62,117 nucleotides of DNA. Source: an uncultured Chlorobiaceae bacterium (GTDB taxonomy: Bacteria > Bacteroidota > Chlorobiia > Chlorobiales > Chlorobiaceae). The stretch covers positions 1 through 62,117 of the forward strand of contig CAIVSG010000206.1 in NCBI GenBank assembly GCA_903908555.1, written 5' to 3'. The position numbers and the translations under genes are program-made. Shown in pieces: positions 1-9,863 of the stretch. Every line of letters begins with the position of its first letter. The first letter of the stretch is position 1. The notes beneath the pieces were generated by a model. That model did not search any database, was not told the DNA's origin, and saw nothing but the letters and a program-made list of their open reading frames with translations.

Positions 1-319
1 TCAATAGGTTTACCAGATAGCTTACCCTATCGAAATCATTCTCCAAGAATTCAATGCTCAAAATCTAACTCCTTTTCCAATCGGTATTTGTTGATCGCCT
101 AACAATTAATTAGATGGATCCGCTTAATCCGCAGATTTTTGAATTATAACCCTTATATAACACTATATGCTCAAGGCTTAATGCTATGCTAATTTATTAT
201 AGAATAATATTTTATACCTATTTTATCGATTTTGTTTCTGTTTTTTATACGGATCAGCATAAAAATGATATTTCTGACCTCTCTATCATATTTAAAAAGT
301 TACACATCAATCCCAAGAT

Positions 320-685
320 ACCGGTAATAAGACGCTCGCGATATCTTCAGCGTACTGCAAATTTCAAAGTTACTGATACTCATGTTTTTGCCATCTGCAA
401 TTTTGGATATTCCTTGGATATTTTGGTCTTCCGCCTTTTCTTCCTCTCGCCCTTGCAGCCGTCAGGCCTGCCTGGATGCGCTCCTGAATCAGACGGCGCT
501 CAAATTGAGCCAGAGTGCCGAAGATATTGAAAATCATCTCATCGGATGCTGTTGTGGTATCAATGACGCCATCATTGATAGAGCAGAATCCCACTCCCCT
601 TTTTTGTAACTGTTCGATAATATCAATCACCCCGGACTCAACAGCCGAGCCGGTCCAGTCTCTAGATGATCGGGTGCCTCCATCA
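320..685 (-). pseudogene. Degenerate serine resolvase/invertase, 3' part; decayed copy of 6420..6995
   Basis: Translation GVGFCSINDGVIDTTTASDEMIFNIFGTLAQFERRLIQERIQAGLTAARARGRKGGRP nearly matches the intact copy; catalytic N-terminus is absent and the tail is frameshifted. Confidence 0.85.
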
Positions 686-998
686 GGTTTCTGTATGACG
701 GCATACAGCTGTTGAGTCCGGGGCATTCGGATTTTAGTCATCAGGTATATGGAGTGAAATCATTGCAGCGGATGTTAGACACTGTTTTTTGAGATTGTTG
801 CCCTCTCGATACGCATCTACGATGGAGTTCTTCAGCATAGCATCATAATCCAGTACCTCGCGCGTCTTTTCTGGTGTTAACTCACCTTTGCTGAACAAGA
901 GTAATTATTTTGCCCCAAGATAATGGGGTAAGTAGACCGGAATTGCGCCCCTGCTCCTTGCAGAACAGAACTACAGATTTTGTCTGAACTAATTCATC

Positions 999-3900
999 TC
1001 ATTCAAATGTTCTCAAACGAACAGAAAACTCAGCATTATCCATCTCTACTCGCAAACTCTCATCACTCCGAGCCCAATCGTTGTGCAGAAACTCACAGTC
1101 GCTACGCTTGCCATGCTCAGCTATAACATCGCAGAGAAACCGATAAGCATCGTTGGTACGTTTATTTTGCGCATATCGTGCTGCACGGCGCACAAGCTCG
1201 TTCGCTTTCATCCCAGCTTGCATCCTGCTCTCTGCCCAATAGTGCACCTCGATTCTGGATTGTCGATCTTGGGCTAGCCTTCTATCGAGCCATAGAAAAT
1301 CTTCTACCTCATCGACTCTCGCAAAGGCTTGATCTTCCGGAAAGGAGAGTAACGGATCGAGGTGCTCGCGTCGCCATTTAAACCATCCACGATCATTACA
1401 CACTTCCCAAAGGTCCCGCTTTGCAAGATCAGACAGATGCTGGAAATATGGGAGTATAGCTTCGATTTGAGCTAGCCTCTTGATACCTGGTCGGTTGTAC
1501 GTTGTGACGCCCATGTGATGGTCAAAATATTTCAGAAGCTCCTCAGGCTCATTCGACTGTTCGATCGCCTCATTTGCAGCCGCAAGACTTTCAGGTGTCG
1601 CGAGATAAATCAGCGCAATCAAATAGTTCTCTTTAAAATTGACCTGATCCCAGTTCTCTAGAATTGTGCGCAGGGCGAATTCGTCATCACGGTCGCCAAG
1701 TAGTTCGGGCAAAATATCGTCAGCATGAAAATAACCTTCAGGCTCTTCCTCAAAGAACTTCCGCCTCCGCACAAAGAGTTCGCGGATAATATTTTCCAAA
1801 CCATTGGTGCCGATGTACCTGGCGTATTGAAGCCAATACCAGTTGTTCGCCTCTTTGAGAATCATCTGCCCCAATTCAGTCTTTGCGCTTGCGTCTCGGT
1901 TTATTAAACGCGCACGCAATGCGCGATCCTCCAGACCTATTGGTGGAGAAGATGCGAGTTCCCTCAGGTCCTCTTGATTGAGCCTCGCGCTCCAGAGATC
2001 GAACGACCTGCGTCTTACCCAAATGTCATTGTCGTGGTTTTCCCATTCGGTCTTCAACGCAGTACGAGAGCGCTCGCTCATCCGTCTGACGCCCTGATCG
2101 CGCATTTGACCCCATTGATCAGCAAAGCTCATCCCCCATGGATTGAACTTGTCCGTACCTTCGCAGAGACGATCCACCTCAGCTACTGCCCTTGCGATAT
2201 ATTTAACTGCTTCCGGATGATCTGCATTCTGCAGAATCGATGCAACATGGCTTTTGAGTTCAGGAAATCGTTGCGGCAACTTCAGCAGATAGCCAATGAT
2301 CCGATCGGGAGAATCCCGCCGTATGGCGCCGCCAAGAGCATAATGAGAAACATCATATCGCGGGTTCGAGTGCTCACTCTCGTCATCCTTCTCTGGTAAG
2401 CTTGCCCAGGCCCGAACAATTTCCTCCACGAACGCATCATCCCGCCCAACGGCACACCGAATGGTCGCGTGAAGCATGCCAGCTGTTAGAGAGCGTCCGG
2501 CGGCGACATGTGCGCTCCATCGCCCTTTAAGGGAAGCGATCAGTTCGGCTTCTCCTATTTCTCCCGCAAGGTAGAGCGCACCTTGCTCCAGCTTTTCGGA
2601 CCCATCAAATTCAGTCAGATAACTTCCAACTTCGCGTATCCAGCCTTTTCCTGCCGCACTGCGTAAATGAGAAAGAAGAGCGTCTCGCCGCGGCGAGTTT
2701 TTATATGGATCATGGTGATAGCAGAACGCCGCCGCTGATTTGATGCATCCGTTTCGCGCCAGCCCCTCTTGACGGTATAAACTATGCTCTCCCGCCGCCT
2801 CCAACAAACACCGAACATCGGTGCCGTCCAACTGTGCGAGTACGGACTGAATAGCGTACATCTGGTTCTTCGGCCCCGTTAGAAATTCGGAAGAGGTAAA
2901 ACGCTTCTCGCAAAGCCTGAAAATCTGCGGCCTCAGATCGCTTTTCGCCCGCACGGTCTTTGCGAAAACGTGGAAGACAGCCAACGGAGAAATGGCATCG
3001 CAAAGTATTTCTATGTCGGCATTTGCGGCTTGAGAATATACTGCTGCACCGATGACTTCCGCCAAAAATGGGTCTTTCAGGATTTCAGGAATTTCGACGC
3101 TGTCTTGGGTAAGCGCGACCACATATTCAACCAGGATAAAGTCGCGGACACGGTCATGACGAAATCGTAACCTATCGCTGCCGTCAATTCTTATGACGGC
3201 TCCGTCGTGAATCAATCGCCGAAATCGTTCCTCCTGTCCATTCCGCCGCATCACCTCCATAGCTTCATCGAAAGCAGGTGTTAAGACATGGCTGGTAAGC
3301 ATTTGTTCGCACAGCAGCAACAAGCATTGTCTGTATTCGGACTTTCTATACCGGCCATCTGATGTTAATCGCGCCAATGCGTCGTCAACATAAATGCCAA
3401 TGGTGCTCGCTGGATCAAGCCTTTCCCAGTCATGGGTAAGCCCAATGAGCAAGGGGTCATAATTGAGCGCTCTCGCCGCTTCAGAAGCCTGCAATCGCGT
3501 GAGTGTGATCGTTTGGGTTTTGGCACGCCTCAGGACAGCTTCCGTCGCCTCGACCCAGCTGTAGTCCCCGACGTATAGCGATGCCCTGTCAATTTTCTCC
3601 CGTTCATCTCGCGTCATGGCCTGAATATACTCCGGCCACACTGGGCACAAAATCTTAAGGCGCGGATTGAGGTGCTGGCTTTTTCCAGAGTCCCTGTCAG
3701 AAGCTGAGGCTGTCCATCGAAACAGCTTTCGGATCAGATCTATTGGCGCACTCGCTCGGTTGATGTCTTCAACCCAAAGAAAAAGGCCTGGCACCCCCGA
3801 CACATCCGTCACAGTATTTTGGAAACTCGTCTCGCTCAGCCCCGGCGCATAAGCCTTCAGCAGGCGCGCAAGCGCCTCCTCCAGCGAAATTGACGCAGCC

Positions 3901-4742
3901 AATATCTCCTCATTGAGGATCAAACAGACACCGTCTATGGTCTCGACACGCTTCGCCCAATCATAACAAAGCACCGACTTTCCCGTTCCAGATCGTCCCT
4001 GAACGAAAACCAAATCGTCATTGCTGGCGAAGAGGTCATACAGTTGTTTGGATAATTTCCGAGGGATATATTCAGCGGGATCACCAAGAGGCCGCGCGTT
4101 TTCGATTGTCTGCGTAGCGATCATCCTCAACAGGTCGGACGACAATCGCTGCTGCGGCATGCCGAGATATTGATGGCGCAGCCACTGACCATCCGGAATA
4201 ACATCGAGGACATGGGCGAGCCTGCTTCCCGGCCAGAGTTGGATCGTAAGCTCATGATCAACCGCCACAGCTTCGATGTCCGTGACAAGAGCGCTGTCTG
4301 GTTCGACAGAACAGGTCAGAATTAAGATTCGATTGTGATCGTCAACCCGCGTCGATGCAGATTCAAATAAACGGGTCGCTTTCGCCACGTCGCCGTCATT
4401 TGGATCCAGCCACTTCGATCGTAGACTGGCTTTTCGCGTGATGGTGTGATGTGCGATAATCGCCAGTCTTTTACCATCATGCGCCATCGTATACAGGATC
4501 CCATCCGCGGGGTCAGCTATTGTTTGTCCACGAACATTTGTGCCTGTTTCCACAATCCCGTGAAAAACAGGCTCCGCAATTCTAAGAACACCGGCTGCAA
4601 GACGTTCAAACAAACCTTCATCTGTGATGTTCGACAGCTTTTCTCGGGTCAGGGCGGGCAAAAAAGTCCCGGCTATATTGTCGTATAAGTTGGCGTCGCT
4701 GTTTGCCGCCTCCGGCGAAGTCTTTGAAGCTCCCAAACTCAT
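999..4742 (-). CDS. Large STAND-like P-loop NTPase with N-terminal restriction-endonuclease-like domain (Avs-like candidate defence protein)
   Basis: 1247 aa; N-terminal FERLAAGVL...DPADG segment; Walker A GRSGTGKS; Walker B LWVEDIN; FRHDRVRD motif; long helical C-terminus. Confidence 0.65.
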   Translation of the reverse strand: MSLGASKTSPEAANSDANLYDNIAGTFLPALTREKLSNITDEGLFERLAAGVLRIAEPVFHGIVETGTNVRGQTIADPADGILYTMAHDGKRLAIIAHHTITRKASLRSKWLDPNDGDVAKATRLFESASTRVDDHNRILILTCSVEPDSALVTDIEAVAVDHELTIQLWPGSRLAHVLDVIPDGQWLRHQYLGMPQQRLSSDLLRMIATQTIENARPLGDPAEYIPRKLSKQLYDLFASNDDLVFVQGRSGTGKSVLCYDWAKRVETIDGVCLILNEEILAASISLEEALARLLKAYAPGLSETSFQNTVTDVSGVPGLFLWVEDINRASAPIDLIRKLFRWTASASDRDSGKSQHLNPRLKILCPVWPEYIQAMTRDEREKIDRASLYVGDYSWVEATEAVLRRAKTQTITLTRLQASEAARALNYDPLLIGLTHDWERLDPASTIGIYVDDALARLTSDGRYRKSEYRQCLLLLCEQMLTSHVLTPAFDEAMEVMRRNGQEERFRRLIHDGAVIRIDGSDRLRFRHDRVRDFILVEYVVALTQDSVEIPEILKDPFLAEVIGAAVYSQAANADIEILCDAISPLAVFHVFAKTVRAKSDLRPQIFRLCEKRFTSSEFLTGPKNQMYAIQSVLAQLDGTDVRCLLEAAGEHSLYRQEGLARNGCIKSAAAFCYHHDPYKNSPRRDALLSHLRSAAGKGWIREVGSYLTEFDGSEKLEQGALYLAGEIGEAELIASLKGRWSAHVAAGRSLTAGMLHATIRCAVGRDDAFVEEIVRAWASLPEKDDESEHSNPRYDVSHYALGGAIRRDSPDRIIGYLLKLPQRFPELKSHVASILQNADHPEAVKYIARAVAEVDRLCEGTDKFNPWGMSFADQWGQMRDQGVRRMSERSRTALKTEWENHDNDIWVRRRSFDLWSARLNQEDLRELASSPPIGLEDRALRARLINRDASAKTELGQMILKEANNWYWLQYARYIGTNGLENIIRELFVRRRKFFEEEPEGYFHADDILPELLGDRDDEFALRTILENWDQVNFKENYLIALIYLATPESLAAANEAIEQSNEPEELLKYFDHHMGVTTYNRPGIKRLAQIEAILPYFQHLSDLAKRDLWEVCNDRGWFKWRREHLDPLLSFPEDQAFARVDEVEDFLWLDRRLAQDRQSRIEVHYWAESRMQAGMKANELVRRAARYAQNKRTNDAYRFLCDVIAEHGKRSDCEFLHNDWARSDESLRVEMDNAEFSVRLRTFE

Positions 4743-5644
4743 TGGCTCGCCTCCCCGTGAAGGCGCTCTAAAAACTCGGTCTCAACCATCACGCCCGCCA
4801 ACATGAGCGCTTCACAAACAGCATTCCATGCTGATATATCGGAAAAAAACGCCGCCTTTTGTCCAATTTTGAGGACCCGGCGCCCAACGCCTAACTCGTT
4901 CCAGAAACGATTGTTCGCTTCGTTTGCCCATTCTTTCACCGTAACGGCGAGTAGCCCCTCTGCCGTCGATGGATCCAGGCATTCGAGAACATTTAGATAA
5001 AGTTGAGCAATGGTCGGGCATGATGGGGCCTCGATGGCGATCTCGGACAGCAGCGGCAAAAACAGCGTCAATTCGGGGTCGAACAAACCCTTTGTATAAG
5101 ACTGTCCATCGTCAAACCCATAGCTCAAACGCATGTAAAATGCGCTGAGAAGTCCTTTTAGGTGAATCTCCATGCCGTCCTTAGACGACCACAAATGGCT
5201 ACGCCAATGCCATGTCGCCTTGAGGCGTGGCCAGAAAGCCTCTCGCACCGATAATAGATAGGTTCGATCCTCCGCATCTCCTTCAATATAATGCAGATCA
5301 CTCTGCACAATGAACGCCGCTGTAGCGTCAATGAAAGCCTCATCTGAAAAGGCTTTAAGCACTTCGATTACCAGTTCCTGTAACATTTCAGCCGACCAGT
5401 AACGGGCATACGCAGCCGCATAGACCATCAAGCCGCGCGTCCAGACACGCTCGATGACATCATCAAGCGGATGGCCCTGGCCGCCTCGCTGGAACTCAAG
5501 CCGATCGACGACCGCACCCGGCAGTCCGAGTGATTCAGTGTTCGCCAGCAAGGCAAGCACATAATGTGTTCCGACTTTCGTCTCGAACTGGCCACCTGCG
5601 GGTCCAGTAGATCGAGGACTGGAGTCTTTTTCAGCAGAACGCAT
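4739..5644 (-). pseudogene. Probable internally deleted nuclease-NTPase gene (N- and C-termini fused in frame)
   Basis: First ~64 aa (STGPAGGQFETKVG...EFQRGGQGHPLDDVI) resemble the start of a PD-(D/E)XK nuclease domain of large ATPases, then jump into helical sequence with no QxK or P-loop; ATGA overlap with the downstream gene. Confidence 0.5.
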
Positions 5645-6419
5645 GGTCAGAGAACCAATTCCAATTAAAAAACTTCATTTCAAGGTTGCCTCATAATCAT
5701 CTTTCGTGGAACCGCATCAGTATCTATACACGAGCTTTTCGCAGTCGCTTTTCTCGACTCAGTGATAGTAAACCTGAGTAAAAACTGCACACCAACTGGT
5801 CCTGCATCAGCTGTATTACATTCAAATTCAATAGGAGTGACTGTGACGTCGTTTGGAGAAGTCAATGATAGGGATGTATTACGAGGATAAAATTTGAGAC
5901 CGACCTCCCTTTCAGCGACCATTCCATAGCGGTTCATAAAATCATCAATTTGAATGATTGGTTGTCAACTACTGAACTACATCCCTAAGTTAGATGTTAT
6001 GAGCTGGGAAATACTGTTCCTTCCAATGTCCACTTTTGAGGAATTTAGAGAGTCAAAGCAACTCGCGGCAATGTCCGAAAATTGTCGTTTACAGTCTATT
6101 GTAGTTCTGCGTTAGAATGTCAGGTTTCTCAATTCAATCTTCCGCTACTGGCTGGTTAGCGACCTTCTCTAGCTTGTCCAATCCGTTTCAGACTATCCAT
6201 GGTCGCTTTCGCGACCGAAGCTGACGTAATAGTGATTGAGATCTCAACTGGAAAGCAGAAATAACATCAATTATTATCATACTATAGAATACCTTACTCC
6301 TCATCAACAATATACCGCAGATATACCTTAAATAAGCATTAAGCAAAGAACATCCTATAAATCACGGGTAGGTTATATTCCCATTTATCCCTGTTATACA
6401 ACAACCGCATAACTCTCAA

Positions 6420-6995
6420 TCACTCACCTATCTTCAAATACCGATAATAGCTCGCCCGTGAAATCTTCAGCGTGCTGCAGATCTCGCCGATAATGATGCT
6501 CATATTCTTGCTCATTTTTTTTGCCATCTGCACTTTTGGATCATCCTTCGAAATCTTCGGTCTACCACCTTTTCTTCCTCTCGCCCGTGCTGCTGTCAGT
6601 CCAGCCTGGGTACGTTCCTGAATTAATCGACGTTCAAATTGAGCCAGAGTGCCGAAGATATTGAAAATCATCTCGCCGGATGCCGTGGTTGTATCGATGC
6701 CGCCGTCATTGATAGAGCGGAATCCCACTCCCCTTTTCTGCAACTGTTCGACAATATCGATCAGGTTCCGAAGTGAGCGGCCAAGCCGGTCAAGACGCCA
6801 GATGATAAGGGTGTCGCCTTTTTTCAGTTCTTTCATGCACTCGGCAAGACCCGGCCGTTCAGCTTTCGCCCCGCTTATCTGGTCGGTAAAGATATACTGT
6901 TTTTTACAGCCAGCCTGTTTAAGTGCATCAAGCTGCAGGTTCAGTTCCTGGGCTGAAGTTGAGATCCGGGCATAACCGATCAGTCGTCCTTCCAT
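6420..6995 (-). CDS. Serine recombinase (resolvase/Pin-like invertase)
   Basis: GYARIST catalytic serine, RLDRLGRS, ERTQAGLTAARARGRKGGRP, C-terminal HTH. Confidence 0.95.
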   Translation of the reverse strand: MEGRLIGYARISTSAQELNLQLDALKQAGCKKQYIFTDQISGAKAERPGLAECMKELKKGDTLIIWRLDRLGRSLRNLIDIVEQLQKRGVGFRSINDGGIDTTTASGEMIFNIFGTLAQFERRLIQERTQAGLTAARARGRKGGRPKISKDDPKVQMAKKMSKNMSIIIGEICSTLKISRASYYRYLKIGE

Positions 6996-7117
6996 AAATT
7001 CCCTTGCTAATCTTAAAAAGCACCTATTTTAACGGATTACTGAAATATAGAAATGCGATATGGTTTTATAAGACAAAAAGAGCCCGAAAAGAGGGGTGTT
7101 TCGCTCCCCTTTTCGGC

Positions 7118-7145
7118 GTCTCATCAAACGACCGTTTATTGAGAC
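7118..7145. other. res/hix-like recombinase crossover site
   Basis: 28-bp imperfect palindrome GTCTCATCAAACG-AC-CGTTTATTGAGAC about 120 bp upstream of the resolvase. Confidence 0.6.
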
Positions 7146-7224
7146 ATAGAACGAGTCAAAGGTTGGTCGATGAAGCGCTCTCTTTAGTACCAAAGAGAAT
7201 CCCTTAGAGCGCTATTTTTCTCGG

Positions 7225-7375
7225 TTCGTTAGGAAACCGCCAGAACCGGACTGAAAATAACATTTTGCGGTGTTCCAGCTTCTGTAGGGAAGAGCTTTTT
7301 TTATACCCAAATCTTGGCTTGAGCCATTTCTGAAGGATCGTTTTGTCAATCCACCATTCATTCGTTATCAGAGTT
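7225..7375 (-). pseudogene. Group II intron reverse transcriptase remnant
   Basis: Minus-strand frames give DKTILQKWLK then, after a shift, KELFPTEAGTPQNVIFSPVLA, matching the GTPQGG..SP.LAN motif. Confidence 0.65.
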
Positions 7376-7702
7376 TTCCTGAGCAAAGCCCATCATCAAC
7401 AAGCAAAAAAACGATGCAATTTAAGAAGATTAAATTTTTACAGGATTATAATTTATATCAAACATTTCTTTTTAAATTTACCCGCTATTATTTTGATATT
7501 TAATTAGTATTTAGTAATTTTTTTTTCCACCGAGGGCTATGGATCTCTTGGTGTTGATGCAAACTCTGGCAACAGAGTCTCTCCATTATGCAAAAGGGTT
7601 AGCCCCTAGAGCTAATATGGGGAACCGCGTGAGCGGTGAATTGCTGCTCTTCACCGTTTGTCGGTGGAGAGCTTTTTTTTAGATGGATAGTAAAAATATT
7701 CT

Positions 7703-9133
7703 GTGATGCTATTAACAATACAATTTCCATTTGCAGATTTAAGAGGTTTCTTGAAAATAACATCTCGTCTTTCAAAGCCCTCTTGGCCAATACCAACCCC
7801 AGATAATGATTTTATACGTTATTCTGGTACGGTTAGAGTTAGAAAATGTGGGGGGATTAAAGGATGGGTTGGCGAAAATGAAGTGTGTGAAGCTGATCGA
7901 TTTATGCGACTTAGTTATTGTCCAAAAATTAAAAATATTGACGGTAATGGCTATTTTCAAACACGAATTGCTTTTAAACGATTATTTTGTGATGGTAATG
8001 CTCTTGGGAAGTTTGAGTTAGGAATCGCGACAAAAAGTCGTTCTGAAATAAATATTTCAAAATATATTATAAAAGATTTGGTTGATGATTGCCTTAATAT
8101 ACCAGTGAGTTTACGAACATCAAGTGGAGTCTATAATAAATGTATATTAGGGCATTGTGCGAAATATGTAACGAGACTTTATAATAAGGCTACAACTGCC
8201 ATAATAGATGAGTCTGTAAAAGAAGAGGATTGGATTGTTAGTCCTGGAATACCATTATTATTTTTAGATTGTAAAAGCATGTCCGATATTTCAGTGCCTT
8301 ATTGGTCTCGAAAAGTTGATATAATAGGCTATCCATTTACTTTATATCATTGTATGGTTCCTTTTCAAGGGAAGAATATACGCTTATGGATTCTCCATAA
8401 CTTTGATAATTCTTCTTTTTCTAAAGATGATGCGAGGCGATTAAGAATATATCTCCTTCGATTAAATGCTGAACATGAGTGCCTTCGTTTAGTATTAAGG
8501 AATATTTTGAACAAAAATATTGACGTGCTGCCAAGGACGGAACAATCTGACAGATTACAGTTTTATATTAACCAAGCAACTCATAGAATTGGTACGCTTA
8601 ATACTAAATCAAATGAATTTGATGGCAAATTATGTGAAATAGCTCGAGAATCGATAAGTGTTATAAGTCCCGGTCAAAAAGAAATGCTTTTTAGTGCTCT
8701 TAATAAGATCGATCCTCGAAAAAATATACTAGATAAAATTAATGATTATGTTGACAAAATAATAATAAACTACGGAGAAATAACAATGGGAGACAAAATC
8801 AGTGATATTCATCAATCAATAATATCAACACGTCAAGCAGTTACTAACGGTATAATTACGCTTAGGGACCAAGGAAATAATGAACTGGCGGATGTGGTTG
8901 CTGAACTTGATAAAATCATTGGCTCAGCAGACGATGAAATAATCCCAAAAGAAAAAAAATTAGAATGCGCAGAATTACTTACTGAAATTACTGAGCAGGC
9001 TAAGAAACAAAATCCAAATAAAAGTGTTATGCGATCTTTAAGTAACTCATTTATATCAGTAATAGATAAAATTGAACCAATTGCAAAAGTTGCAGCAAAA
9101 GGTATCGCTTTTTTGAGCCAATTTATGGCCTAG
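7703..9133 (+). CDS. Hypothetical protein (476 aa, AT-rich, candidate defence cargo)
   Basis: Long AT-rich ORF between the res site and a Tn3-type IR; helical C-terminal domain. Confidence 0.75.
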   Translation: MMLLTIQFPFADLRGFLKITSRLSKPSWPIPTPDNDFIRYSGTVRVRKCGGIKGWVGENEVCEADRFMRLSYCPKIKNIDGNGYFQTRIAFKRLFCDGNALGKFELGIATKSRSEINISKYIIKDLVDDCLNIPVSLRTSSGVYNKCILGHCAKYVTRLYNKATTAIIDESVKEEDWIVSPGIPLLFLDCKSMSDISVPYWSRKVDIIGYPFTLYHCMVPFQGKNIRLWILHNFDNSSFSKDDARRLRIYLLRLNAEHECLRLVLRNILNKNIDVLPRTEQSDRLQFYINQATHRIGTLNTKSNEFDGKLCEIARESISVISPGQKEMLFSALNKIDPRKNILDKINDYVDKIIINYGEITMGDKISDIHQSIISTRQAVTNGIITLRDQGNNELADVVAELDKIIGSADDEIIPKEKKLECAELLTEITEQAKKQNPNKSVMRSLSNSFISVIDKIEPIAKVAAKGIAFLSQFMA

Positions 9134-9154
9134 AAAGCAAACTGTAGGAGGTCG

Positions 9155-9192
9155 CTAAACATACTTTGAAATCCCTTTTCTGAGGCGACACC
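9155..9192 (-). mobile_element. Tn3-family terminal inverted repeat (outer end at 9192)
   Basis: Reverse complement GGTGTCGCCTCAGAAAAGGGATTTCAAAGTATGTTTAG, 38 bp, Tn21-like pattern; abuts a 5'-truncated resolvase. Confidence 0.75.
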
Positions 9193-9420
9193 AAGTCTTA
9201 CCGATGCGATTAATACCGGTACGACATCATGCCGTTTTTTCTTTCATGTCATGGCAAGCCTCGCTGAAATGGAGCGGGAACTGACTGTTGAGCGTACTCT
9301 TATAGGATTGGAAATGGCCCGTCAGCATGGCAGGAAGGGTGGCGGCAAGCAAGCGCCTAATGACGGACAGTAAAATTCTTTCAGCAAAAAATTGCTGGCG
9401 AACGGTGTTCCGCAATGGGT
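9193..9420 (+). pseudogene. 5'-truncated, frameshifted serine resolvase
   Basis: Reads SLTDAINTGTTSCRFF then FHVMASLAEMERELTVERTLIGLEMARQHGRKGG. Confidence 0.8.
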
Positions 9421-9425
9421 TGTCG

Positions 9426-9525
9426 GGAGCTTGCCCCGTTTACTGTAATACTTGTTCTTTGATATTCTCCTTAAATTGAGCGGCAAATTCTGCCGGTTTT
9501 AACCCGCCAAAAGCACTATAGGGGA
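9426..9525 (-). mobile_element. IS3-family remnant (transposase C-terminus and terminal IR)
   Basis: Minus frame PYSAFGGLKPAEFAAQ resembles RPHSSLGYLTPAEF; end sequence GAGCTTGCCCCGTTTACTG. Confidence 0.55.
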
Positions 9526-9863
9526 CTTAACCTAGTTAACAATGTTTTCAATAGTATACTGGTTGACTGAATATTTCTGCATGTAACTTGTTTCTTCAGG
9601 TTAACTATGATCCTTTTACCTTATGAGATAATCACTTATACCTGGGTAGTCCGTGAATTTTGGAGATTTCTATGTTGAATAATGCGCTTTTACTTTCTCC
9701 AATCCCAACCTTTCGGGATTGTTGAGGCATGACTTGATGCCATAATAGATGGCTGGCTCATTTATGTGAGAAACTTTCATTCTCTTCTTTCTACCGGTTT
9801 TCATCAGTGCTTATTGAGCTTCATGCTCCATGATGACCTATTGACTTTTTGGGCGATTTTATC

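Noticed and set aside
740-800. Integron attC site (GTTAGAC)
   Set aside because: No complementary partner box or hairpin found and no integron integrase
1083-4806. Many short antisense or nested ORFs here and inside other long genes
   Set aside because: Shadow ORFs of well-supported CDSs with no motifs
7225-7375. Retron or diversity-generating retroelement
   Set aside because: Only a short frameshifted group II RT fragment; no intact RT, and the repeat pairs in the window do not show adenine-specific mismatches
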